DNA from: Candidatus Acidiferrales bacterium
GTDB lineage: Bacteria > Acidobacteriota > Terriglobia > Acidiferrales > UBA7541
DNA length: 44,036 nt
Direction: 5' to 3'
Assembly: GCA_036390175.1 (NCBI GenBank)
Contig: DASWCG010000080.1
Coordinates: 1 to 44,036, forward strand
Shown in pieces: positions 8,418 to 15,821 of the stretch. The first letter of the stretch is position 1, and each line of letters begins with the position of its first letter. Both the position numbers and the translations under genes were made by a program. Below the pieces are notes generated by a model. That model was given only the letters and a program-made list of their open reading frames with translations. It made no database searches and was not told where the DNA came from.

Positions 8418-9765
8418 TCGCGGAGCGGACCGCGGAGGCGATGGACTCGCTCCATTTTTTCACGTCCGAGGCGTGTTCGGCTTCGACCATGACGCGCACG
8501 AGCGGTTCGGTGCCGGAATAACGCAGGACGATGCGGCCGTTCGAGCCGAGCGCCGAATTGGCTTCGGCCAGGGCGCGCGTGATCGCGGGGATCGTTTCGA
8601 GCGGGGGTTTGCGGCGAACTTTTACGTTGACGATGGTCTGCGGATATTCCTTCAGGCCCGCGACAAGATCCTCGATGGAACCCGCTTTGGACGGGCTTTT
8701 CATCGAAACCAGCGAAGCCATTTTCACCGCGGTGAGCAGGCCGTCGCCGGCGGGGGCATCGTCGAGGAAGATAATGTGGCCGGACTGTTCGCCGCCGAGG
8801 ACCGCGCGACTGCGCAGCATCTCTTCGAGGACGTAGCGGTCGCCGACGGGGACGCGGGCGAGCGTGATGCCTTCGGAGTCCAACGCCCGCTCGAGGCCGA
8901 GATTGGACATGGTGGTGGCGACAACGCGCTTGCCTTTGAGTTTTTTCTTGGAAGCGAGGTAACGCGCCGCGGCCAGCAGCACGCCGTCGCCATTGATGAT
9001 TCTGCCCAAAGGGCTGACGAACAGCGCGCGGTCGGCATCGCCGTCAAAGGCCACACCGAGCGAGGCGCGTTCGGCCACCACGCGCTTCTGCAAGCTCTCC
9101 ATGTACAACGAGCCGCACCCGGCATTGATATTTTTTCCGTTGGGATGATTGTGGATGGCGACGACCCGGGCGCCGAGCGAGCTGAACAGCGCCGGTCCAA
9201 GAACGCTGGCGGCGCCATTCGCGCAATCGAGAACGATTTTCAGCCCCGCGAGTCTCGCGCCGGGTAGCACGCAACTCCCGAGGAAAGCCAGATACTCGGC
9301 GTCAAACGATTCGTCGGCGCGCAGCGGAAACGAGCCGTCCCTGACCGGATCATTCTTCCAACGAAGGATATCAGCCTCGATTTTCTCTTCGATGGCGTCG
9401 GAAAATTTCATGCCCGCGCCGGAAAACAGCTTCACGCCGTTATCGTGATAGGGATTGTGCGAGGCGGAGATGACCACTCCGGCGTGATACTTCTTGCGGC
9501 GCACCAGGCAGGCCACGCCCGGAGTGGTGATGATACCGGCAAACGCGGGGGTCACGCCCGCTTGCGCTAGACCGCTCCCCAGGAGGGAGGCAATGCGCGG
9601 CCCCGACTCGCGCGTATCCATGCCGATGAGCACGTGCGGAGAAGAAGTCTCGCGGCAAACGTAGGCGCCCAGCGCGCGGCCCGCGGCGTGGAGCGTGGCG
9701 TCGTCGAGCGGGTGCGTGCCGGGCACTCCGCGAATACCGTCGGTGCCGAAAAGTTCCTTGGCCAT
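8407..9765 (-). CDS. glmM: phosphoglucosamine mutase
   Basis: Starts MAKELFGTDGIRG at the ATG at 9765. Active-site loop is SASHNPYHDNGVKLF. The product is 452 aa. Confidence 0.95.
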   Translation of the reverse strand: MAKELFGTDGIRGVPGTHPLDDATLHAAGRALGAYVCRETSSPHVLIGMDTRESGPRIASLLGSGLAQAGVTPAFAGIITTPGVACLVRRKKYHAGVVISASHNPYHDNGVKLFSGAGMKFSDAIEEKIEADILRWKNDPVRDGSFPLRADESFDAEYLAFLGSCVLPGARLAGLKIVLDCANGAASVLGPALFSSLGARVVAIHNHPNGKNINAGCGSLYMESLQKRVVAERASLGVAFDGDADRALFVSPLGRIINGDGVLLAAARYLASKKKLKGKRVVATTMSNLGLERALDSEGITLARVPVGDRYVLEEMLRSRAVLGGEQSGHIIFLDDAPAGDGLLTAVKMASLVSMKSPSKAGSIEDLVAGLKEYPQTIVNVKVRRKPPLETIPAITRALAEANSALGSNGRIVLRYSGTEPLVRVMVEAEHASDVKKWSESIASAVRSAIGM

Positions 9766-9958
9766 GGGGGTCGCGCCACGCGGCGAGAATTTTTTGAAGC
9801 GGGTCCGCCGGGCAGGTGACCCCTGCGAGTCTAGCACAGCGGCCGCGAGTGCACCGGCCCGCGGCGGCGGCTCCACGAAAGATTAACCGAATGGAACGAT
9901 TGGTGTCGTGCGGGGCGCCTTATGATATCGTGAAATCCCAAGTGAAAAAGCAGCGCGC

Positions 9959-11023
9959 GTGTCGATGACTCCTGACTCCATCCGCATCCGTTACTCGACG
10001 CCCAGCCAGAGGATTATCGCCGCCGGGATTGTGATCGCGTTCTGCTATTTCGCCGCGAGCGTGGTGACGATGGTGCTGTTGTCGGTGCTGGTGGCGTATT
10101 TCCTCGACCCGCTCGTGGAGGGACTGGAGCGATTCCGTCTTCCCAGGGTGCTGGGATCGCTCGCGGTGGTGATTCTTTCGGTGGCGCTGGTGGCCGGGCT
10201 CGTCTATTTGCTGTACGACCGGGCGGAGCATTTCGCCAACGACTGGCCGCGCTACAGCAAAGTGTTGCGCGAAGCTTCGTCCGCCGTCGAGAGGCGCCTC
10301 GAAAAACTGGAACGCGGAGTTTCCCAGATCGCACCGGACGACGCCCAGCACCCGAAAAACATCGTGCATGTCGAAGAAGACTCTCCGGTGCGGAAATTGT
10401 TGGTGCGGGGGCTCGGCTCGCTCTATACGGTGTTGCTGGAAGTCACGTTTGTGCCGTTTCTGGTGTTCTTCATGCTGGCCGCCAAGCGCGACGTCTGGCA
10501 CGCCACGCTGCAATTGTTTCCCACGGCCGAGCGGACGCGCGTGAAGGAAGTGCTCGACAACGTAAGCGTGGTGCTGCGCAGCTACGTGATGGGCAACGCG
10601 CTGGTCTTCCTGATCCTCGCGCTGGTGAGCTGGGGGTTTTTCTGGATGATGGATTTGGATTACCCGTTTCTCACCGGCGTGGTTTCGGGGCTGCTCAACC
10701 TCGTGCCGTACTTCGGCGCGGTGCTGGCCTGGATCCCCCCGATGCTGATCGGATTGACGCAGCGGCCGACATTCGGATTTTTCTTCATCGTGGCTCTGAT
10801 GCTCAGCGTCTTTCACCTGATCGCCATGAACTTTCTCATACCGGCCATGGTGGGGCGCCAAGTACAGCTGAACGCGCTGGCCGTGACGATTTCGCTGCTG
10901 TTTTGGGGATGGCTGTGGGGCGGCGTCGGGCTGCTCCTGGCGATTCCGATTACGGCGACGTTGAAAGTGATCTGCGACCACGTCGAATCGTGGCAGCCGG
11001 TGGGGCGGTGGCTGGGCTCATGA
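9959..11023 (+). CDS. AI-2E family transporter (PerM/UPF0118)
   Basis: 354 aa polytopic membrane protein with LLNLVPYFGAVLAWIPP and a C-terminal LAIPITA segment. The start is either GTG 9959 or ATG 9965. Confidence 0.85.
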   Translation: MSMTPDSIRIRYSTPSQRIIAAGIVIAFCYFAASVVTMVLLSVLVAYFLDPLVEGLERFRLPRVLGSLAVVILSVALVAGLVYLLYDRAEHFANDWPRYSKVLREASSAVERRLEKLERGVSQIAPDDAQHPKNIVHVEEDSPVRKLLVRGLGSLYTVLLEVTFVPFLVFFMLAAKRDVWHATLQLFPTAERTRVKEVLDNVSVVLRSYVMGNALVFLILALVSWGFFWMMDLDYPFLTGVVSGLLNLVPYFGAVLAWIPPMLIGLTQRPTFGFFFIVALMLSVFHLIAMNFLIPAMVGRQVQLNALAVTISLLFWGWLWGGVGLLLAIPITATLKVICDHVESWQPVGRWLGS

Positions 11024-11168
11024 CGTGTGGGCTGTGGCCGCCAAGTATCCAATGGGACGAATTTCCGCGGGCAATCTCAATAGGCATAAGACCGCTGCCT
11101 TCCAGAGGTGATTTTCCTTATGGCGTTACGCGCGCGGATTCAAGAACTGACGGCCGGGGTGGAACACG

Positions 11169-11618
11169 ATGGCGAGCAAGCAACTAATACTTACGCTTCT
11201 CGATGAGGCTTATGAAAAACGGACCTGGCACGGGCCGAACCTGCGGCAATCCCTCCGGGGAGTCTCTGCCAGGCAGGCTGCTCGGCGTCCGGCGCCGGGC
11301 CGGCACAGTATCTGGGAACTTGCCGTTCATGCGGCGTACTGGAAATACGCGGTGCGGCGGCGGCTCACCGGCGGGAAGCGCGGGTCGTTTGCGCTGAAGG
11401 GCAGCAATTTTTTTCGCCGGCCGGTGGAATTGAGCGAGCGCGCCTGGCGCGAGGACTGCGCGCTGCTGGAACGCGAGCACCGCGCCCTGCGCGCCGCCGT
11501 TGTCCGAGCGTTGCGCGACGGACACGCGAAGAAACTCTTGCGGCACATCTACGGCGTGGCGTTTCATGACGTCTACCACGCGGGGCAGATTCGGATGCTG
11601 CGCCGGCTTTGTACGTGA
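11169..11618 (+). CDS. DinB-family (DinB_2) four-helix-bundle protein
   Basis: 149 aa. Contains WHGPNL, IWELAVHAAYW and HDVYHAGQI. The His triad spacing is typical of the DinB superfamily. Confidence 0.75.
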   Translation: MASKQLILTLLDEAYEKRTWHGPNLRQSLRGVSARQAARRPAPGRHSIWELAVHAAYWKYAVRRRLTGGKRGSFALKGSNFFRRPVELSERAWREDCALLEREHRALRAAVVRALRDGHAKKLLRHIYGVAFHDVYHAGQIRMLRRLCT

Positions 11619-11651
11619 TACGGAAACGTTCCTGGTTATCCTCGTCATTTG

Positions 11652-11680
11652 TTGACTCGCAGTGGGGCGCGGCCTAAGAT
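11652..11680 (+). promoter_or_regulatory. putative sigma70-type promoter of the kinase gene
   Basis: TTGACT (11652-11657), a 17 nt spacer, TAAGAT (11675-11680). Lies about 90 nt upstream of the ATG at 11768. Confidence 0.4.
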
Positions 11681-11767
11681 GCTCTGCAATAATGGGTTCC
11701 CGCAGCGCCTATCCGGAACGTTATTGATCAACCCGGCGGTCCGCGCTGCATGCGGTGGGCCGTGGCC

Positions 11768-14377
11768 ATGCTGGCACAGACTTTTTCTCATTTCCGCATC
11801 CTCGATAAGCTGGGCAGCGGCGGCATGGGCGTGGTATATCGCGCCGAGGACACCGCTCTCGGCCGCACGGTGGCGCTGAAATTCCTTCCGCGCGAGAGAG
11901 CCAAGGACCAGAGCGCTCTCGAGCGCTTCAAGCAGGAGGCGCGCACCGCCTCCGCGCTCAATCATCCGTATGTCTGCACCATCTACGAAATCGGCGAGGA
12001 CTCCGGCGAGGTCTATATCGCCATGGAGTACATCAAAGGGCAGCCGCTCGGGGAGCGCGTTGGCCCGGAAGGTCTGCCGGTAGATGCGGTAATCCGCTTC
12101 GGACGGCAAATCGCCGCGGCGCTGGAACATGCCCACGAGCACGGAGTCGTTCACCGCGACCTCAAACTCTCCAACATCATGGCCACGCCCCAGGGCGACG
12201 CCAAGGTTCTCGACTTTGGTCTGGCCAGACGCATGGAAGAGTTAGACCTGACCCTGACCTCACTCGCCGATGCACCGCTCGAAAAGACTGTCGGGCTTGC
12301 GGGCACGATCCCCTACATGGCGCCGGAACTGCTCGAAGGCAAGGCCGCGAGTCCGCGCAGCGACCTGTGGGCGCTCGGCATCGTATTGTACGAGATGGCG
12401 GCAGGGCACCGGCCGTTCTCGGGTAAGAACTTCTTCCAGCTTTCCACCGCCATCTTGAAGCAGCCTCCGCCGCCGCTTCCGCGGCGCATCCCCTCCGGGC
12501 TCTGCGCCGTCATCCATCGGTGCCTGGAAAAAGAGCCCGCGCGGCGGTATCAGCGCGCGAGCGAAATCCTCGCGGCGCTCGAAGCGGTCAGCTCCGGTGC
12601 CCAGGACACTTCCGCAACTTTGGCTGCTGCCGCAGACGCCCCCCGGATGCCTGCTGCGTGGAAACGCGGGCAGTGGTTAAGACGCCTGACTCCTGTCTGG
12701 ACTCTGGCGATCATTCTGACAGCGGTTGTGCTGGCGATTCCCGCTCTGCGGCAGCGGGTTCGAAACTGGTTGGGGCATCCGCAATTCCTGTCCCAGGTTC
12801 AACTCGCCGTTTTGCCGGCCGCCGTCAACGCCGCCGATGTTGAGACTTCCGCCTTTGGCAACGGCCTCGTCGAGACTTTGACGTCACGCCTCGGCCAGCT
12901 TTCCGCCAAACATGCGCTCGCCGTGATTTCAGCGACCGAGATGCGCACGCACCATGTAACCTCGCTTGCAGAAGCACGCGAGGAGTTCGGCGTGAATCTT
13001 GGACTTTCTCTGGGTGTCGAGCGCGCTGGGCAAATGATGCGGGTCAATTACAGCCTGGTGGATGCGGGAACGCACCGCCAACTGGCGGGCGGAACGGTCA
13101 CCGCCGCCGCGACCGATCCGTTTGCGCTGGAAGACCGCGTGGCCGACAGCGTTGTGGAGACGCTGGAGATTCATTTGCAGCCGTCGGAGAAGCAGGGTCT
13201 CGCCGCGCACGGCACATCCCAGCCGGCCGCCTACGACTACTATCTCCAGGGCCGGGGCTATCTGCAGGATTTCCAGAAGCTCGAGAACATCGAAAGCGCC
13301 ATCAGTGTCTTTCAGCAGGCCCTCACACTCGACCCAAACTACGTCCTCGCCCATGCCGGCCTCGGCGAAGCCTACTGGAGAAAATACCAGTTGCGCCCCG
13401 AGGAAGCTTGGGCTCGCCGCGCGCTGGACGCTTGCGAGCGCGCGGTTCAGTTGCAGGACAGCGCAGCGGCAGGGCGCGTGTGCCTGGGCCGGGTTTACAT
13501 TGGCACGGGCAAGTATGAACAGGCCGTCGGGCAATACCGCAGGTCCATCGAGCTGGATCCAACTGCCGATGCCGCTTACAGCGGGCTGGCCTCCGCCTAC
13601 GAACACCTGAATCAGCCCGCCGAGGCGGAAAGCACTTTCCAGCGCGCGATTGCCCTGCGCCCCAATTACTGGGCTACCTACAACTGGCTGGGTGGTTTCT
13701 ATCAGCGGCACGCGCGGTACGCCGACGCCGCGAAGATGTATGCGCAGGTGGTGAAGCTGGCTCCGGACAGCTTCATCGGATACAACAATCTGGGCATTAC
13801 CCACTTGGCGCAGGGGCAATACGCTGAAGCAATCCCGCTTCTGGAACGCTCTCTTGCGATTCGCTCCACGGGGGATGCCCGCTCCAATCTCGCCTACGCT
13901 TACTTTCAGACTCGCCGCTATGCGGATGCCGCCCGAGTTTTTGAAGAAGCTGTCAAGCTCAATGACAGGAGCTATATTGCCTGGGGCAATCTGGGTGACG
14001 CCTACTACTGGGCGCCGGGTCGCCGGGCCGATGCCTCTCCCGCCTATCGCAAAGCTATTGCACTTGGGGAAGAATCGCTTCGGGTGAACCCCCGAGATGC
14101 CGGAGTGCTTGCAAGCCTGGCGACCTACCATGCCATGCTGGGCGAAAAAAAGCCGGCCCTGGCTGCCCTCGACCGGGCTTTGCGCCTCGCGCCCGCCAGC
14201 CCGGATTTGCTGTTCACCGCGGGCTTGGTTCATCAGCAGCTCGCCGATTCCGAACGCGCCCTCGGCGCGCTGGAAAAGGCCGTTGCCGCGGGACTGCCCG
14301 TTGCGCAATTGCGCGACGCCCCTAATTTTGATACGCTCCGCGGAAACCCTCGGTTCATTAGGATCCTGTCGCACTAG
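11768..14377 (+). CDS. Ser/Thr protein kinase with a TM helix, a TolB-N-like module and a TPR array
   Basis: Kinase motifs: GSGGMGVVYRA, VALK, HRDLKLSN, DFGLA, GTIPYMAPE. TM helix is VWTLAIILTAVVLAIPAL, followed by LAVLPAAVNAADVETSAFGNGLVETLTSRL and at least 8 TPR-like repeats. Confidence 0.9.
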   Translation: MLAQTFSHFRILDKLGSGGMGVVYRAEDTALGRTVALKFLPRERAKDQSALERFKQEARTASALNHPYVCTIYEIGEDSGEVYIAMEYIKGQPLGERVGPEGLPVDAVIRFGRQIAAALEHAHEHGVVHRDLKLSNIMATPQGDAKVLDFGLARRMEELDLTLTSLADAPLEKTVGLAGTIPYMAPELLEGKAASPRSDLWALGIVLYEMAAGHRPFSGKNFFQLSTAILKQPPPPLPRRIPSGLCAVIHRCLEKEPARRYQRASEILAALEAVSSGAQDTSATLAAAADAPRMPAAWKRGQWLRRLTPVWTLAIILTAVVLAIPALRQRVRNWLGHPQFLSQVQLAVLPAAVNAADVETSAFGNGLVETLTSRLGQLSAKHALAVISATEMRTHHVTSLAEAREEFGVNLGLSLGVERAGQMMRVNYSLVDAGTHRQLAGGTVTAAATDPFALEDRVADSVVETLEIHLQPSEKQGLAAHGTSQPAAYDYYLQGRGYLQDFQKLENIESAISVFQQALTLDPNYVLAHAGLGEAYWRKYQLRPEEAWARRALDACERAVQLQDSAAAGRVCLGRVYIGTGKYEQAVGQYRRSIELDPTADAAYSGLASAYEHLNQPAEAESTFQRAIALRPNYWATYNWLGGFYQRHARYADAAKMYAQVVKLAPDSFIGYNNLGITHLAQGQYAEAIPLLERSLAIRSTGDARSNLAYAYFQTRRYADAARVFEEAVKLNDRSYIAWGNLGDAYYWAPGRRADASPAYRKAIALGEESLRVNPRDAGVLASLATYHAMLGEKKPALAALDRALRLAPASPDLLFTAGLVHQQLADSERALGALEKAVAAGLPVAQLRDAPNFDTLRGNPRFIRILSH

Positions 14378-14407
14378 AATTGGAATTGCTCTCTTGAGGA
14401 GGCAGTT

Positions 14408-14833
14408 ATGGTCCAGTACAAACCGGGCTCATCGCAGTACAAGCGTGTCAGACCGTTTCTCCTGCTCCTGACCTGCGGCGTGTCGTTCAGTTTTCTGGGT
14501 TGTCCGCAGCATCCGAAAATACGCACGGCCAGCTTTCCCTGTGGACATCAGGACGTGCAGTTGAGTGATCAAACGGGCGTGGACAAAAAAAACGTGTTTG
14601 TCTGTGACGGCGACACCATCACCTGGGACCCCACCGGGCACCGGCCATTCAAAGTGGAATTCACCCAGGAGTCCCCCTTTGGAAACCCTCAGCTCACTTT
14701 CGACGAGAACAATAAGACGACGCCTCCGATGCCCAAGACTGCTGGGGCGTGTTTCAAATACAAAATTACACTCGATCATGACCCGAACAGGTCCTTCGAC
14801 CCACAAATCATCGTCATGGGTGGGAATCCGTAG
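14408..14833 (+). CDS. small Cys-containing lipoprotein, cupredoxin/Ig-like (function unknown)
   Basis: GAGGAGG lies 5 nt before the ATG. The lipobox is SFLGC. Contains DTITWDPTGHRPFKVEF and four further Cys. Sits 30 nt after the kinase stop. Confidence 0.6.
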   Translation: MVQYKPGSSQYKRVRPFLLLLTCGVSFSFLGCPQHPKIRTASFPCGHQDVQLSDQTGVDKKNVFVCDGDTITWDPTGHRPFKVEFTQESPFGNPQLTFDENNKTTPPMPKTAGACFKYKITLDHDPNRSFDPQIIVMGGNP

Positions 14834-14837
14834 CGCT

Positions 14838-15557
14838 TCACAAATCTCGCAGCGTCGCGACGACGCCGGCGGGGTCTTTCGCGTTCTGGAATAGCCGGAT
14901 TGCGGCGATTCCCGCAGCGCCGGCCTCGATGCACGGCCGCGCGTTTTCCAGAGTGATTCCGCCGATGGCCAGAACCGGGATCCGCAGGCCTGCGCAAACC
15001 TCGCGAAGACGTTCGAGCCCCTGAGGCGCGCCGAATGCAGCTTTCGATGGCGTGGCAAACGCCGGCCCGAAGAAAATGTAATCCGCTCCGTCGCGCTCGG
15101 CCTGGCGCGCGGATTCCAGGGAGTGGCACGAGGCGCCCACAACAAAGCCCTTTTCCACCTGGCCTGCGGCCCGCGCCTTGCGAATCCACGCCGCGACTTG
15201 TGCAACCGGCAGCGACGTTTCTCCGAGATGCACGCCGTCCGCCCGCGCTGCCATGGCCACATCGAGCCGGTCATTGATCACCACCCGCGAATGGCCTTTC
15301 CCCTCCGCAACGGCCTCCCCCGCCAGAGCCAGCAGCGCCGCGCCCGGCAAATCTTTCTCGCGGATCTGCACCCAATCCACACCTGCCGAAAGCGCCTGCG
15401 CAATCACCGTGGGAAGATCCTTCAAGGGTTGTGCGGATGGCGCGAGAGAAGGCGCCGGCAGGCTCCGCCGGTCCGTCACGTAACACAGAATCGTTTTAGT
15501 TGTGGGGGACAACGTCGGACGTCCACCGCCGCCGAACCATGCCAATCGCCAGCCCAA
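14838..15557 (-). CDS. thiE: thiamine-phosphate synthase
   Basis: Contains LCYVTDRR, WVQIREKD, INDRLDVA, GVHLG and AIGGI. The start is uncertain: ATG 15557 overlaps the upstream ORF by 62 nt, and the in-frame TTG at 15512 overlaps it by 17 nt. Confidence 0.85.
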   Translation of the reverse strand: MGWRLAWFGGGGRPTLSPTTKTILCYVTDRRSLPAPSLAPSAQPLKDLPTVIAQALSAGVDWVQIREKDLPGAALLALAGEAVAEGKGHSRVVINDRLDVAMAARADGVHLGETSLPVAQVAAWIRKARAAGQVEKGFVVGASCHSLESARQAERDGADYIFFGPAFATPSKAAFGAPQGLERLREVCAGLRIPVLAIGGITLENARPCIEAGAAGIAAIRLFQNAKDPAGVVATLRDL

Positions 15558-15741
15558 TGTCGAGCAGGCCGAGCCCGCTTACCGCGCCGCGCACCGATGG
15601 GTTCAGCATCACGCCAACCAGGCCCGGAAAGCGGCTGAGGAAGTAGTTGTGCTCCCAGATGCTGAACCAGGGCAGCAGAAGAAGAAACACGCCGAGCTCG
15701 AAGAACAGTAATACCACCAGAGCGTAAAGAACTCGGTTCAT
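15496..15741 (-). CDS. small membrane protein (two TM helices), unknown function
   Basis: 81 aa reading MNRVLYALVVLLFFELGVFLLLLPWFSIW...AVSGLGLLDIGLAIGMV. Lies between the TPR protein and thiE on the same strand. Confidence 0.5.
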   Translation of the reverse strand: MNRVLYALVVLLFFELGVFLLLLPWFSIWEHNYFLSRFPGLVGVMLNPSVRGAVSGLGLLDIGLAIGMVRRRWTSDVVPHN

Positions 15742-15821
15742 GGGGTCCGGCGCCGGGGCTAATTACAGTCTCGGGATGCGCTCACCAAGTCAGAGTAGCA
15801 CAAAGCACAAGAGGAGGAGAG

